A DNA stretch of 47,455 bases from Tannerella sp. (lineage in GTDB: Bacteria > Bacteroidota > Bacteroidia > Bacteroidales > Tannerellaceae). The stretch is taken from assembly GCA_031267935.1 (NCBI GenBank), contig JAIRYD010000180.1:1-47455 (forward strand), written 5' to 3'. Below the pieces are notes generated by a model. The model made no database searches. It worked only from the letters and a program-made list of their open reading frames with translations, and was not told where the DNA came from. Position 1 is the first letter of the stretch. Each line of letters starts with the position of its first letter. Positions 19,759 through 31,046 of this stretch are shown piece by piece. Position numbers and translations under genes: made by a program.

Positions 19759-22700
19759 TCATTCATCCGGTCTGTTTTGTTCGATCCACTTCCGGGCATT
19801 GACGAAAGCCTCGATCCACGGCGTCACTTCATCCGTTTCCCGACCGGCAGGATAATATCCGCATTGCCAGGGGAAAAGAGCGCGTTCGGTGTGTGGCATT
19901 ATCGCCAGATGACGGCCGTCTGCCGAGCAAATGCCTGCCACGGCTCGGGGCGAACCGTTCGGGTTGGCGGGATAAGCGTCGTAGCCGTATCGCGCCACGA
20001 CGTGGTAAGCCTTTTCGTCGTAGGGAAGCATAAATTTCCCTTCACCGTGGGCAACCCATGCGCCTAATTTAGAGCCGCTCAGTGAGCCTAACAAAATGGA
20101 ATGATTCTTTGGAATCTCCAGCGAGACGAATGCGGATTCAAACTTGTGCGAATCGTTATGCGTCATCTTGAATTTCTTTTCGTGTTCGGGGTAGATCAAT
20201 TCCAGTTCGGCCATCAACTGACAGCCGTTACAGATGCCCATGCTCAACGTGTCCGGTCTTGCATAATAGATGTCGATGGCTTTTTTTGCTTCTTTGTTAT
20301 ACAGAAATCCACCCGCCCAGCCTTTGGCCGAACCCAGTACGTCGGAATTGGAAAAGCCGCCGCAGAAAACGATGAAATTCACATCCTCAAGCGTTTCCCG
20401 TCCGCTGACAAGGTCGGTCATGTGAACGTCCTTCACGTCAAATCCCGCCAAATACAGTGCATAAGCCGTTTCGCGTTCGCACTGCGATCCTTTTTCGCGT
20501 ATCACGGCCGCCCTGATGCCCGACGGGCCGACACGGTCGGCGGAAAGCCCGTAACCGGCAAGTTTGCCGTCGAAGTGTCCGGGATATTTGAACGTGAGAG
20601 GTTGCAGTTTGTAGTGCTCGAAACGGTTGCCGGCGCAGACGCTTCCGCTTTGTTTTATATCTAATTTATAGGAAGTTGAATACCATACGTCACGCATGTA
20701 GTCGATTCCGAAATGATATTGCGCATCTGCTTTTGTGATCAGAATATGGCGTTCGTCCACCGGTTTGGCAATGACGGTAAAACCGACGCCCGCTTCTTTC
20801 AGTATTTTCTCGAACGCCTCGCAATCCCGGACCTGTACGAGCACGCCCGGATTTTCGGCAAACAGTATTTTCACGATGTCAAGTTCCGCGATCGGATCCA
20901 AATTCACTTCCAGGCCGCCTTCGACGTTGGCAAAACACATCTCGAGCAGCGCCGTGACAAGTCCTCCGGCAGAAATGTCATGCCCGGCCAGAAGCAGACC
21001 TTGTTCAATCGCTTCCTGAAGAGCGTTGAAGGCGTCGCGGAAATATTCTGCATCCGCGACGGTCGGTGCCTCGTCGCCCAGGCGGTTCAAGACCTGTGCA
21101 AAAGCAGATCCGCCTAATTTCAGTGCGTCGAACGAGAAATCAATATAATATATGTACGCGCGCGCATCCTGTACGAGCACGGGCGATACGATTTTTTTTA
21201 CGTCGCCAACTTCTGCGCCTGCCGAAATAATCACTGTCCCGGGCGAAAGTACTTTGTCTTCTCCGTATTTTTGGGTCATCGAGAGACTGTCTTTTCCTGT
21301 TGGGATATTGATACCCAGCGCGCAGGCAAAGTCCGACGCGGCCTCGACCGCTTTGTACAGACGGGCGTCTTCGCCTTCGTTGCGGCAAGGCCACATCCAG
21401 TTGGCGCTCAGCGAGACGCCGGCCAGGTGGTCGGTCAGCGGCGCAAAGACGATGTTTGTCAGGGCTTCGGCAATGGCAAGCGTCGACCCGCATGCCGGGT
21501 CGATCATGGCGGCTTGCGGTGCATGGCCGATCGAGGTGGCAATCCCTGCCTTTCCGCGATAGTCCAGCGCCACCGCACCCAGGTCGCTCAGCGGTAATTG
21601 CAACTCGCCCAGACATTGCTGGCGTGCGACCCGGCCCGATACCGAGCGGTCGACCTTGTTTGTCAGCCAATCCTTGCAGGCGACGGCTTCGAGTTGAAGC
21701 ACATTTTCCAGATAATGATGAAGTTCGGATGCAGTGTATGCTGCCGCGCGGTAACGTTCGTTCACCGTACGGTCGGTCATCACCGTGCGGGGCGGTTTGC
21801 CGAACATGTATTCGAGTTGTATGTCGATAGGTTTGGCGCCATCGGCCTGTTCGAAGACAAACTGCATGTCGCCTGTGGTCTCGCCGACGACATACAGCGG
21901 CGCACGCTCGCGTTTGGCGATGCGCTGTACGCGTGCGACATCCTTTTCTGCCATCAAAAGCCCCATTCGTTCCTGACTTTCGTTGCCGATGATTTCTTTC
22001 GCGGAAAGCGTCGGGTCGCCGACGGGTAGCCAGCTCATATCGATATGTCCGCCTGTGGATTCAACCAGTTCCGAGAGGCAGTTCAGGTGGCCGCCCGCGC
22101 CGTGGTCGTGGATGGACACCACCGGATTCTCGTCCGACTCGGCGATGGCACGGATTACGTTGGCCGTGCGTTTTTGCATTTCAGGATTGGCGCGTTGCAC
22201 GGCATTTAGTTCTATTCCGCTTTTATACAGACCTGTATCTACGGACGAGACGGCGCCGCCGCCCATGCCGATGCGGTAATTGTCGCCTCCGATGACGACG
22301 ATTTTTTCGCCCGCGACGGGTGTGCCCTTCAATGCGTCGCGCTTGTGAGCGAATCCTACTCCGCCGGCAAGCATAATCACTTTGTCGTAAGCGTATTTCT
22401 TATTATTTTCTTCATGCTCGAACGTCAGGACGGAACCGCAGATCAACGGTTGTCCAAACTTGTTTCCGAAATCGGAAGCGCCGTTAGACGCCTTGATCAG
22501 GATCTGTTCGGGTGTCTGGTAGAGCCATGGACGCGGGTCGAGAAAGCGTTCCCATTCGCGTGCGCCTTCCGTGCGGGGATACGACGTCATGTACACAGCG
22601 GTTCCCGCAATGGGTAAAGACGATTTGCCACCACCCAGCCGGTCGCGTATCTCGCCGCCCGAACCGGTTGCCGCGCCGTTGAACGGCTCGACGGTCGTCG

Positions 22701-23454
22701 GAAAATTGTGCGTCTCAGCCTTCAACGACAATACGGTGGGAATGGTGCGGACGGCATAAAAATCGGGTTTATCGCCCGACAGCGGAGCAAATTGTTCGAC
22801 GACGGGGCCATCGATAAACGCCACATTATCTTTGTATGCCGAGATTAATTTGTTGGGGTTCTCGGCGGATGTCTTTTTTATGAGTGCGAACAGGGAACTT
22901 TCTTTCGTTTCGCCGTCGATCACGAACGTGCCTCCGAAAATCTTGTGGCGACAATGCTCCGAGTTGACTTGTGAGAAGCCGAATACTTCGCTGTCAGTCA
23001 GTTTACGCCCTATTTTTTCGCTGACGCTGTTCAGGTAGCAGATTTCGTCGTCGCTCAACGCAAGACCCTCCTGTGCGTTATAAGCCTCAATATCATCGAT
23101 GTGTAGAATCGGAGCGGGTTGCTTGCGGATCGTGAAAACGTCCTGGTCCAATCCGTCGTAGATGCGTTGCAGCATCGGATCGTATGTGGCGTCGCCCGAC
23201 GCCACGGGGAAATATTCCTCAATGCGCGAGATGCCTGCGATACCCATATTTTGTGTGATTTCGACCGCATTCGTACTCCACGGCGTAATCATCTCGCGCC
23301 GTGGGCCGATATGCCAGCCGGCCACATGTCCGGCATGCACCGGTTTGGCGCCACTGAACAGCCAGATTAGTTTCGAAACGTTTTCCTGCAGAAAATTCGA
23401 ATCCACTTCGACTGCAAGTATCGTTTTGTCAGGCGATTGAAAGTATAAAATCAT
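19759..23454 (-). CDS. purL: Phosphoribosylformylglycinamidine synthase (large fused form)
   Basis: NSEHCRHKIF, KAETHNFPT, GGEIRD, IHDHGAGG, and a glutaminase domain with GICNGCQ and MPHTER. Confidence 0.98.
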   Translation of the reverse strand: MILYFQSPDKTILAVEVDSNFLQENVSKLIWLFSGAKPVHAGHVAGWHIGPRREMITPWSTNAVEITQNMGIAGISRIEEYFPVASGDATYDPMLQRIYDGLDQDVFTIRKQPAPILHIDDIEAYNAQEGLALSDDEICYLNSVSEKIGRKLTDSEVFGFSQVNSEHCRHKIFGGTFVIDGETKESSLFALIKKTSAENPNKLISAYKDNVAFIDGPVVEQFAPLSGDKPDFYAVRTIPTVLSLKAETHNFPTTVEPFNGAATGSGGEIRDRLGGGKSSLPIAGTAVYMTSYPRTEGAREWERFLDPRPWLYQTPEQILIKASNGASDFGNKFGQPLICGSVLTFEHEENNKKYAYDKVIMLAGGVGFAHKRDALKGTPVAGEKIVVIGGDNYRIGMGGGAVSSVDTGLYKSGIELNAVQRANPEMQKRTANVIRAIAESDENPVVSIHDHGAGGHLNCLSELVESTGGHIDMSWLPVGDPTLSAKEIIGNESQERMGLLMAEKDVARVQRIAKRERAPLYVVGETTGDMQFVFEQADGAKPIDIQLEYMFGKPPRTVMTDRTVNERYRAAAYTASELHHYLENVLQLEAVACKDWLTNKVDRSVSGRVARQQCLGELQLPLSDLGAVALDYRGKAGIATSIGHAPQAAMIDPACGSTLAIAEALTNIVFAPLTDHLAGVSLSANWMWPCRNEGEDARLYKAVEAASDFACALGINIPTGKDSLSMTQKYGEDKVLSPGTVIISAGAEVGDVKKIVSPVLVQDARAYIYYIDFSFDALKLGGSAFAQVLNRLGDEAPTVADAEYFRDAFNALQEAIEQGLLLAGHDISAGGLVTALLEMCFANVEGGLEVNLDPIAELDIVKILFAENPGVLVQVRDCEAFEKILKEAGVGFTVIAKPVDERHILITKADAQYHFGIDYMRDVWYSTSYKLDIKQSGSVCAGNRFEHYKLQPLTFKYPGHFDGKLAGYGLSADRVGPSGIRAAVIREKGSQCERETAYALYLAGFDVKDVHMTDLVSGRETLEDVNFIVFCGGFSNSDVLGSAKGWAGGFLYNKEAKKAIDIYYARPDTLSMGICNGCQLMAELELIYPEHEKKFKMTHNDSHKFESAFVSLEIPKNHSILLGSLSGSKLGAWVAHGEGKFMLPYDEKAYHVVARYGYDAYPANPNGSPRAVAGICSADGRHLAIMPHTERALFPWQCGYYPAGRETDEVTPWIEAFVNARKWIEQNRPDE

Positions 23455-23657
23455 ATCGGTAAAAGTATAGTTTCCGTCATTTCTTTTCCATGCAAAATTA
23501 CACGTTTTTTTTCAATTGCATGCAAGAAGAGGAAAAAAACTGTGTATATCCGGGACATGATGCCGGTAATTCGGCATTCAACAGGTCAACCGTTCAGTGA
23601 TTCATTTTTTTATGCTCACAAATAGGCAGCATTGTTGCATTTTTTCATTTCCCCCAT

Positions 23658-23688
23658 TTTGCCGTTATCGAAATAAAGACTAACTTTG
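23658..23688 (+). promoter_or_regulatory. Consensus promoter of the GH109-like gene
   Basis: TTTG, 19 nt spacer, TAACTTTG. Confidence 0.7.
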
Positions 23689-23719
23689 CGAAACGAAATA
23701 CATTTTAATATTTGGAATC

Positions 23720-25117
23720 ATGGAAAATTCTCGTCGTTCTTTTATCAGGAAAACAGTAATGTCCGGCATCGGCGCAGCAGGTCTGGCCGTAGCGGACCGG
23801 ATGAATGCCTCGCAGGCCGGCGCACCGGCCCAAAAGAAAAAAACTGCCGGCAAGGATGACGGCAAACTGCGTTTCGGGTTCATCGGAACGGGATCGCGAT
23901 GCCAGGAGCATATCAACAACGTACTTGCCATTGAGGGAAACAAAATCGTGGCCATTTGCGACACGCAACGGGGACCGCTTGACCGTACGCTCAAACACAT
24001 CGCCCGCCTCAATGCCCCCGAACCGAAAGTATACACCGGCAGCGAGCATGCCTACGAACAGATGCTCAACAATGAAGAGTTTGACTGCATCATCATCGCC
24101 AGTCCGTGGGAATGGCATACTCCGATGGCTGTGGCCGCCATGAAGGCGGGCGTGCCCTACGTCGGCGTCGAAGTCTCGGCCGCCAATACGCTGGAAGAAT
24201 GTTGGGATCTGGTCCACGTTTCCGAAACTACGAGGAGCCACCTCAACATACTCGAAAACGTCTGCTACCGGCGCGACTGCATGGCGGCGCTGAACATGGT
24301 GCGAAAGGGCCTTTTCGGCGAAATGCTGCATGGCGGCTGTGGCTATGAACACGACTTGCGCGACATCAAGTTCAATGACGGCACGCAATATTCCTACCGC
24401 AAAGACGGCGAACTGCGCATGGGCAAGGAGGCCTTTGCCGAAGCACAGTGGCGTACGCAGCATTCCGTCCGGCGCAACGGCGACGTCTATCCGACGCACG
24501 GCATCGGGCCGGTCGCCCACTGCATGGACATCAACCGCGGCAATCGTTTCATCGCACTCTCGTCGATGGCTACACAGTCGCGCGGACTGCACCGGTTCGT
24601 CGTCGACAATGGCGGCGCCGACCATCCCTATGCGAAAATCAATTTCAACCTGGGCGATATCGTCACGACGATGATCAAGTGCGCCAACGGACAGACGATT
24701 ATCGTTACGCACGACACCAACTCGCCGCGACCCTATTCGCTCGGATTTCGCATTCAGGGCACTAACGGCCTGTGGATGAACGATGGCGATCATGTCTACG
24801 TCGAAGGTCAGTCGCAACCGCATCGCTGGGACGACTCGGATGAATGGTTTGGAAAGTATGACCACGAGATGTGGAACACGCTGGAATCCAAAGCGCGTGA
24901 AGCCGGACACGGCGGGATGGACTACATCATGATGTATGACTTTGTCGATGCCATCCGCAACAGAAAACCTGCGCCTATGGACTGCTACGACGCTGCCGCG
25001 TGGAGCGCCATATCCGCTCTGTCGGAAATGTCCGTGGCCCGTGGCGGCGCGCTGGTCGACTTTCCGGATTTCACGCGCGGACAGTGGATTCACCGTCAGC
25101 CGGGATTTGCGTTGTAA
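23720..25117 (+). CDS. Gfo/Idh/MocA oxidoreductase, GH109 alpha-N-acetylgalactosaminidase-like, with Tat signal
   Basis: SRRSFIRK twin-arginine signal, GFIGTGSR Rossmann motif, PWEWH, LENVCY, YPTHGIGP, GHGGMD, FPDFTRG. Confidence 0.85.
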   Translation: MENSRRSFIRKTVMSGIGAAGLAVADRMNASQAGAPAQKKKTAGKDDGKLRFGFIGTGSRCQEHINNVLAIEGNKIVAICDTQRGPLDRTLKHIARLNAPEPKVYTGSEHAYEQMLNNEEFDCIIIASPWEWHTPMAVAAMKAGVPYVGVEVSAANTLEECWDLVHVSETTRSHLNILENVCYRRDCMAALNMVRKGLFGEMLHGGCGYEHDLRDIKFNDGTQYSYRKDGELRMGKEAFAEAQWRTQHSVRRNGDVYPTHGIGPVAHCMDINRGNRFIALSSMATQSRGLHRFVVDNGGADHPYAKINFNLGDIVTTMIKCANGQTIIVTHDTNSPRPYSLGFRIQGTNGLWMNDGDHVYVEGQSQPHRWDDSDEWFGKYDHEMWNTLESKAREAGHGGMDYIMMYDFVDAIRNRKPAPMDCYDAAAWSAISALSEMSVARGGALVDFPDFTRGQWIHRQPGFAL

Positions 25118-25137
25118 ATCAGGATATTTACGCATGA

Positions 25138-25183
25138 ATGCAGGGAAACGCGAAGCGACGTTTGTTTTCGCGTTCCTCTGCAT
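25138..25183 (+). terminator. Long hairpin after the GH109-like gene
   Basis: ATGCAGGGAAACGCGAAG pairs with TTTCGCGTTCCTCTGCAT (1 mismatch, G-U pairs). Confidence 0.55.
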
Positions 25184-25362
25184 AATTGTTTCATTTGCTG
25201 CGGAACAAGTTGTAACGAAGCACTATGTTTTTTTAGAAGTTCCTTAAATACAAAAAATACAAAAAAACGGACACGGCATGCGATATTCATAATTTTTTCC
25301 CCCGACAGTTACAACAATTGAACAAAATTCATTACCTTTACCCCCATAAAAAATAACAATGT

Positions 25363-26262
25363 ATGAGCAGAACGGTATCTTTGGTGATTCTTTTGGCTTT
25401 TATAGATAACTTTATGGCTTATTGTCAGGAAAATAAAAGTATTATTGCTCCGGGTGCGCAAGTAGAAAAACTGGCGGAGGACTTTCGTTTTACCGAAGGC
25501 CCTGCAGTCGACAGTGCGGGGAACATCTATTTCACGGACCAGCCCGGTGATTTGATTCTGAAATGGTCGGTGGACGACAAACTGTCTACTTTCGCTACCG
25601 GAATGGGGCGTGCCAACGGACTTTATTTCGACAGGGCAGGAAACCTGCTTTCGTGTTCGGACCTTGACAACGAACTGTGGCAAATCGACATGAACGGCAG
25701 TCACACCGTGCTGGTGACCGATTACGAAGGCAAGAAACTGAACGGCCCCAATGACTTGTGGGTGTGTCCCGATGGCGGCCTCTATTTCACCGATCCGCTT
25801 TATCCACGCGACTATTGGACACGCAGCCCCGAGATGCAGCAGGCAGGAGAACGCGTATACTATCTGTCGCCCGACCGTAAACGCCTGGTAACGGTAGCGG
25901 ACGACCTGGAAAAACCCAACGGTATCATCGGCACGCCGGACGGCAAATGTTTATATGTTGCAGATATAAAGGCGAATAAAACATACGTGTATGAGATACG
26001 GCCGGATGGTTCGCTGGCCGGAAAAAAACTGTTTGCACCGTTAGGCTCCGACGGGATGACCATCGACGGGGAAGGGCACGTGTATCTGACGGGGCGGGGT
26101 GTGACGGTTTTCGATCCCGAAGGCGTGAAGATTGCGCATATACCCGTGGAAGCCAACTGGACGGCAAACGTCTGCTTCGGCGGCCGCGACATGAAATCTC
26201 TTTTCATCACGGCGTCGCAATACCTCTACAGGATACGCATGCAAGTTGCAGGCGTCAGATAA
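25363..26262 (+). CDS. SMP-30/gluconolactonase family protein, secreted
   Basis: Signal peptide, FTEGP, LNGPNDL, YFTDP, PNGI, SDGMTID, NVCFGG. Confidence 0.9.
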   Translation: MSRTVSLVILLAFIDNFMAYCQENKSIIAPGAQVEKLAEDFRFTEGPAVDSAGNIYFTDQPGDLILKWSVDDKLSTFATGMGRANGLYFDRAGNLLSCSDLDNELWQIDMNGSHTVLVTDYEGKKLNGPNDLWVCPDGGLYFTDPLYPRDYWTRSPEMQQAGERVYYLSPDRKRLVTVADDLEKPNGIIGTPDGKCLYVADIKANKTYVYEIRPDGSLAGKKLFAPLGSDGMTIDGEGHVYLTGRGVTVFDPEGVKIAHIPVEANWTANVCFGGRDMKSLFITASQYLYRIRMQVAGVR

Positions 26263-26295
26263 TCCATGAATATACATTAATAATATAATAACATT

Positions 26296-27183
26296 ATGAA
26301 CAGGCGTAAATTTATTAAAGCAAGTGTGGCAAGCATGGCGACCATATCCATGGTGGGTGCCGGCAATGCATGCAAAAATGCATTATCCATTGAAGAAGAG
26401 ATTGTCGACAAAGTTAAATTCGGAAATACGGGATTGACCGTATCCCGCATTGCGATGGGCACCGGTACGCACGGATCCAACAAGGCTTCCGACCAGACGC
26501 GGTTGGGGATGGATCAATTCGTAAAACTGGCGCATCACGCATACGAAAAAGGCATCCGCTTCTACGACATGGCTGACGGATATGGTTCGCAGCCTTATGT
26601 AGGAGAGGCTATTAAAACTCTTCCTCGTGAAAACATCACGTTGCTGTCCAAGATGTGGACGAACGAAGACGGCTCGGAAAGAAATGAACCCGTCAGCCGG
26701 ATTATTGACCGCTTTCGTCAGGAAGTAGGCACGGACTATTTTGATATTTTGCTGATGCACTGCATGATGGACGGCAACTGGACAAATAACCGCAAGCATT
26801 ATATGGACGGTCTTTCGAAGGCCAAACAGGACGGCATCGTAAAAGCCGTCGGCGTTTCATGCCACAACTGGGAGGCGCTTGTTCAGGCTGCGGAATCCCC
26901 CTGGGTCGACGTGATTCTGGCGCGTATCAATCCATTCGGTACGTTGATGGACAATACGCCCGACGCCGTGAAGGAAGTGCTTGGGAAAGCTCGCCGGAAC
27001 GGAAAAGGTATCATCGCCATGAAAGTTTTCGGCGAAGGCAAGCACGTGACGGATCGCGAGCGCGAACAGTCGCTCAAGTTTATTGTCGAAGAAAGCAACG
27101 TGCACTGCATGACGCTCGGCATGCCGGCGGAAGCGCAGATCAACGATGCCGTCGCGAGGGTGATGAGGCTGGCGAAAAGCTGA
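26296..27183 (+). CDS. Aldo/keto reductase with Tat signal
   Basis: MNRRKFIK signal, FGNTGLTVSRIAMGT, DMADGY, LLSK, LLMH, GVSCH, IAMK. Confidence 0.88.
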   Translation: MNRRKFIKASVASMATISMVGAGNACKNALSIEEEIVDKVKFGNTGLTVSRIAMGTGTHGSNKASDQTRLGMDQFVKLAHHAYEKGIRFYDMADGYGSQPYVGEAIKTLPRENITLLSKMWTNEDGSERNEPVSRIIDRFRQEVGTDYFDILLMHCMMDGNWTNNRKHYMDGLSKAKQDGIVKAVGVSCHNWEALVQAAESPWVDVILARINPFGTLMDNTPDAVKEVLGKARRNGKGIIAMKVFGEGKHVTDREREQSLKFIVEESNVHCMTLGMPAEAQINDAVARVMRLAKS

Positions 27184-27442
27184 TACGCGCCGGGACGTCG
27201 CAATCGCGAAACGGGAACAGTGAAGTACGACAATTTGAAATGTATCCTATGCGCCTCTGCACGTTGGGGGAAAAAGAAAAATTGTATCCGGCATTTCAAG
27301 CGCGATATAAGATCCTTTAAAACAGTCGAATATCAAGCTGCGGATTTGAAGAACATGATAATCCGCAGTTTTTTTTCGCATAAAACGAATACGTTTTCCC
27401 AATAAAAATGCAGTCGTTGCAAATTTTTTTTTTGCATGCACG

Positions 27443-27473
27443 CTTGTTTGTACAAAAAAAGTTCGTACCTTTG
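27443..27473 (+). promoter_or_regulatory. Promoter of the ribosomal protein superoperon
   Basis: CTTG, 19 nt spacer, TACCTTTG, upstream of rpsL. Confidence 0.7.
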
Positions 27474-27526
27474 CAACCCAAAAATGTGAAACAGAAATTG
27501 TATAACAAAGATAAAAAAACAGTAAA

Positions 27527-27919
27527 ATGCCTACAATTCAACAGTTAGTAAGAAAAGGCAGAACCCGTCAGGTCGTAAAAGGCAAATCGCCGGCGCTGGA
27601 TTCATGCCCTCAGAGGCGCGGTGTATGCGTACGCGTGTACACGACAACGCCGAAAAAACCTAATTCCGCGATGCGTAAAGTAGCCCGCGTGCGTCTGACA
27701 AACCACAAGGAGGTGAACTCATACATCCCGGGCGAAGGTCACAACTTGCAGGAACACTCGATTGTGATGGTACGCGGAGGCCGTGTGAAAGACCTGCCCG
27801 GCGTACGTTATCATATCGTACGCGGCACTTTGGATACGGCCGGCGTGGCAGGACGTACGCAACGCCGTTCGAAATATGGCGCCAAACGCCCGAAAGCCGC
27901 AGCCGTCAAGAAAAAATAA
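27527..27919 (+). CDS. rpsL: 30S ribosomal protein S12
   Basis: [28 protein letters not shown]. Confidence 0.99.
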   Translation: MPTIQQLVRKGRTRQVVKGKSPALDSCPQRRGVCVRVYTTTPKKPNSAMRKVARVRLTNHKEVNSYIPGEGHNLQEHSIVMVRGGRVKDLPGVRYHIVRGTLDTAGVAGRTQRRSKYGAKRPKAAAVKKK

Positions 27920-28073
27920 AATGTAACAGGGGAAGATTTAGCAGTAAAAAAATAATATAATCGTTTAAGTTTATTTGGATCGCAGATGCAGGGTTGAGTA
28001 AATGATTCGGAGGAATCGTTGAAGACAAAAAAAAGCAACAACCAAAAAGACAAGAACAAAATTCTGAAGACAA

Positions 28074-28550
28074 ATGAGAAAGTCAAAACCTAAAAAAAGA
28101 CAGGTCCTGCCGGACCCCGTCTATGGTGATGTGCGGGTTACAAAATTTGTAAACCATTTGATGTATGACGGAAAGAAAAATCTCTCGTATGAAATTTTTT
28201 ATTCCGCATTGGAAACCGTAAAGGCAAAACTGCCCAATGAAGAAAAATCGGCGCTGGAAATCTGGAAAGCCGCGCTTGAAAATATAACCCCGCAGGTAGA
28301 AGTGAAATCGCGCCGTGTAGGTGGGGCCACTTTTCAGGTTCCGACGGAAATCCGTCCGGACCGCAAAGAATCCATTTCAATGAAAAATCTGATTTCGTAT
28401 GCGCGTAAACGTGGCGGCAAAACCATGTCGGACAAGTTGAGCGCCGAAATCCTCGACGCCTTCAACAATCAGGGCGGCGCGTTCAAACGCAAGGAAGACA
28501 TGCACCGCATGGCGGAAGCCAACCGTGCATTTGCTTACTTCCGGTTTTAA
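28074..28550 (+). CDS. rpsG: 30S ribosomal protein S7
   Basis: [22 protein letters not shown]. Confidence 0.99.
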   Translation: MRKSKPKKRQVLPDPVYGDVRVTKFVNHLMYDGKKNLSYEIFYSALETVKAKLPNEEKSALEIWKAALENITPQVEVKSRRVGGATFQVPTEIRPDRKESISMKNLISYARKRGGKTMSDKLSAEILDAFNNQGGAFKRKEDMHRMAEANRAFAYFRF

Positions 28551-28576
28551 TTAAGAAGAGAGAGAAAAAAAGGAAT

Positions 28577-30703
28577 ATGAGTAAAACTGATGAATTACTG
28601 AAATATACCAGAAATATCGGTATTATGGCGCACATTGATGCAGGAAAGACGACGACTTCCGAGCGTATTCTTTACTACACCGGTCTCACCCATAAAATCG
28701 GTGAGGTCCACGACGGCGCAGCCACGATGGACTGGATGGCGCAGGAGCAGGAGCGGGGAATCACCATCACTTCGGCAGCGACCACCACTTTCTGGAATTA
28801 TAGTAATGAAAAATTCAAAATTAATCTGATTGATACTCCGGGGCATGTGGACTTCACTGTCGAGGTGGAGCGCTCGTTACGTGTGCTGGATGGAGCTGTG
28901 GCCACATTTTGCGCCGTGGGTGGCGTCGAGCCGCAATCCGAAACCGTCTGGCGTCAGGCGGACAAATATCACGTCCCGCGCATCGGATATATCAATAAAA
29001 TGGACCGTTCGGGCGCGAACTTTTTCGAAGTGATTCGCCAGGTAAAAGACATCCTGGGCGCCAATCCGTGCCCGATTCAGATCCCTGTCGGCGCCGAAGA
29101 ACATTTCAAGGGCGTGGTAGACCTGATCCGGATGAAAGCCATCTTCTGGCACGACGAAACGATGGGCGCCGAATATTCGGTCGAAGACATTCCCGCCGAC
29201 TTGCTGGCCGAAGCCGAAGAATGGCGTGACAAGATGCTGGAAATTGTCGTGGAATATGACGACACGCTGATGCAAAAATATTTCGACGCCCCGTCTACCA
29301 TCACGGAAGACGAAATCCGCGCCGCCATCCGCAAAGGCACCTTGTCGATGCAGATCAACCCGATGATTTGCGGTTCGTCGTTCAAGAATAAAGGTGTGCA
29401 AACACTGCTGGACGCCGTTTGCGCGTATCTTCCCAGTCCGATCGACACGCCGAACATCATCGGCCACGACGTCGATGATCCCGAACAGGAAATCGTCCGC
29501 AAACCCAATTCGGACGAACCGCTGACAGCGCTGGCTTTCAAGATTGCGACCGACCCCTACGTAGGACGGTTGTGTTTCTTCCGCGTCTATTCGGGTACAC
29601 TCTCTGCCGGCTCGTATGTATTGAATACGCGCTCGGGTAAGAAAGAACGCATATCCCGCCTGTTTCAGATGCACTCCAACAAGCAGAATCCGATGGAACA
29701 AATCGGCTGTGGTGACATTGGTGCAGGCGTGGGATTTAAAGACATACGCACGGGCGACACGCTGTGCGAAGAAGGTCATCCGATCACGCTCGAATCGATA
29801 GAATTTCCCGATCCGGTGATTGGTATCGCCGTCGAACCGAAGACGCAGAGCGACCTGGACAGACTGGGTGTCGGCCTGTCGAAACTGGCTGAAGAAGATC
29901 CGACGTTCCGCGTCGAATCGAATGAAGAAACCGGCCAGACCATCATTCGCGGAATGGGCGAACTTCACCTCGAAATCATCATCGACCGCTTGCGTCGCGA
30001 ATTTAAGGTGGAATGTAATCAGGGACGTCCCCTGGTATCGTATAAGGAGGCCATCACGACGGCGGTCGAATTGCGCGAAGTATACAAGAAGCAGACGGGC
30101 GGACGCGGGAAGTTTGCCGATATCATTGTCCGCATCGAACCGAAAGATGCCGATTTCGAAGGCCATTTGCAGTTTGTGGACGAAGTCAAGGGAGGCAATA
30201 TCCCGAAAGAATTTATTCCATCCGTACAGAAAGGTTTTGAAAAATCGATGAAAAACGGCGTTTTGGCCGGCTATCCCCTGAATAGCGTGAAAGTGACACT
30301 GCTCGACGGTTCGTTCCACTCGGTAGACTCCGACCAGTTGTCGTTCGAGATTTGCGCCATACAGGCGTTCAAGAACGCAGCAGCCAAAGCCGGTCCCGTG
30401 CTGATGGAACCGATCATGAAAATCGAAGTCGTGACGCCCGAAGAAAGCATGGGCGATGTGATCGGCGACCTGAATAAGCGCCGCGGACAAGTCGAAGGCA
30501 TGGAATCGAGCCGTACGGGTGCACGTATCGTCAAGGCAAAAGTGCCTTTGGCCGAGACGTTCGGATATGTGACCGCCTTGCGTACCATTACGTCGGGACG
30601 CGCCACTTCATCCATGCAGTTCTCGCATTATGCGCAAGTGTCGACGACCATTGCCCGTCAGGTGCTGACCGAAGTGAAAGGACGTGTTGATTTAGTGAAA
30701 TAA
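28577..30703 (+). CDS. fusA: Elongation factor G
   Basis: [38 protein letters not shown]. Confidence 0.99.
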   Translation: MSKTDELLKYTRNIGIMAHIDAGKTTTSERILYYTGLTHKIGEVHDGAATMDWMAQEQERGITITSAATTTFWNYSNEKFKINLIDTPGHVDFTVEVERSLRVLDGAVATFCAVGGVEPQSETVWRQADKYHVPRIGYINKMDRSGANFFEVIRQVKDILGANPCPIQIPVGAEEHFKGVVDLIRMKAIFWHDETMGAEYSVEDIPADLLAEAEEWRDKMLEIVVEYDDTLMQKYFDAPSTITEDEIRAAIRKGTLSMQINPMICGSSFKNKGVQTLLDAVCAYLPSPIDTPNIIGHDVDDPEQEIVRKPNSDEPLTALAFKIATDPYVGRLCFFRVYSGTLSAGSYVLNTRSGKKERISRLFQMHSNKQNPMEQIGCGDIGAGVGFKDIRTGDTLCEEGHPITLESIEFPDPVIGIAVEPKTQSDLDRLGVGLSKLAEEDPTFRVESNEETGQTIIRGMGELHLEIIIDRLRREFKVECNQGRPLVSYKEAITTAVELREVYKKQTGGRGKFADIIVRIEPKDADFEGHLQFVDEVKGGNIPKEFIPSVQKGFEKSMKNGVLAGYPLNSVKVTLLDGSFHSVDSDQLSFEICAIQAFKNAAAKAGPVLMEPIMKIEVVTPEESMGDVIGDLNKRRGQVEGMESSRTGARIVKAKVPLAETFGYVTALRTITSGRATSSMQFSHYAQVSTTIARQVLTEVKGRVDLVK

Positions 30704-30719
30704 TTTAGAAATTAGCAAT

Positions 30720-31025
30720 ATGAGCCAAAAAATCAGAATTAAACTCAAGTCTTACGATTACAGTCTGGTGGACAAGTCCTCCGAGAAAATCGTCAAGACG
30801 GTGAAGGCTACCGGTGCGGTGGTGAGCGGGCCAATCCCGTTGCCGACGCACAAACGGATTTTTACCGTAAATCGTTCGACGTTCGTAAACAAAAAATCGC
30901 GTGAACAATTCGAACTGTGTTCATACAAGCGACTGATTGACATCTACAGTTCGACAACGAAAACGGTAGATGCATTGATGAAACTGGAATTGCCCAGTGG
31001 AGTAGAAGTGGAAATTAAAGTTTGA
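30720..31025 (+). CDS. rpsJ: 30S ribosomal protein S10
   Basis: [24 protein letters not shown]. Confidence 0.99.
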   Translation: MSQKIRIKLKSYDYSLVDKSSEKIVKTVKATGAVVSGPIPLPTHKRIFTVNRSTFVNKKSREQFELCSYKRLIDIYSSTTKTVDALMKLELPSGVEVEIKV

Positions 31026-31046
31026 AAAAATTAAAAACGAAGTGAA

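Noticed and set aside
27527-27919. Streptomycin-resistance substitutions in S12
   Set aside because: The PKKPNS and RVKDLPG motifs are wild-type.
30703-30720. No tuf between fusA and rpsJ
   Set aside because: This is the normal arrangement in Bacteroidetes.
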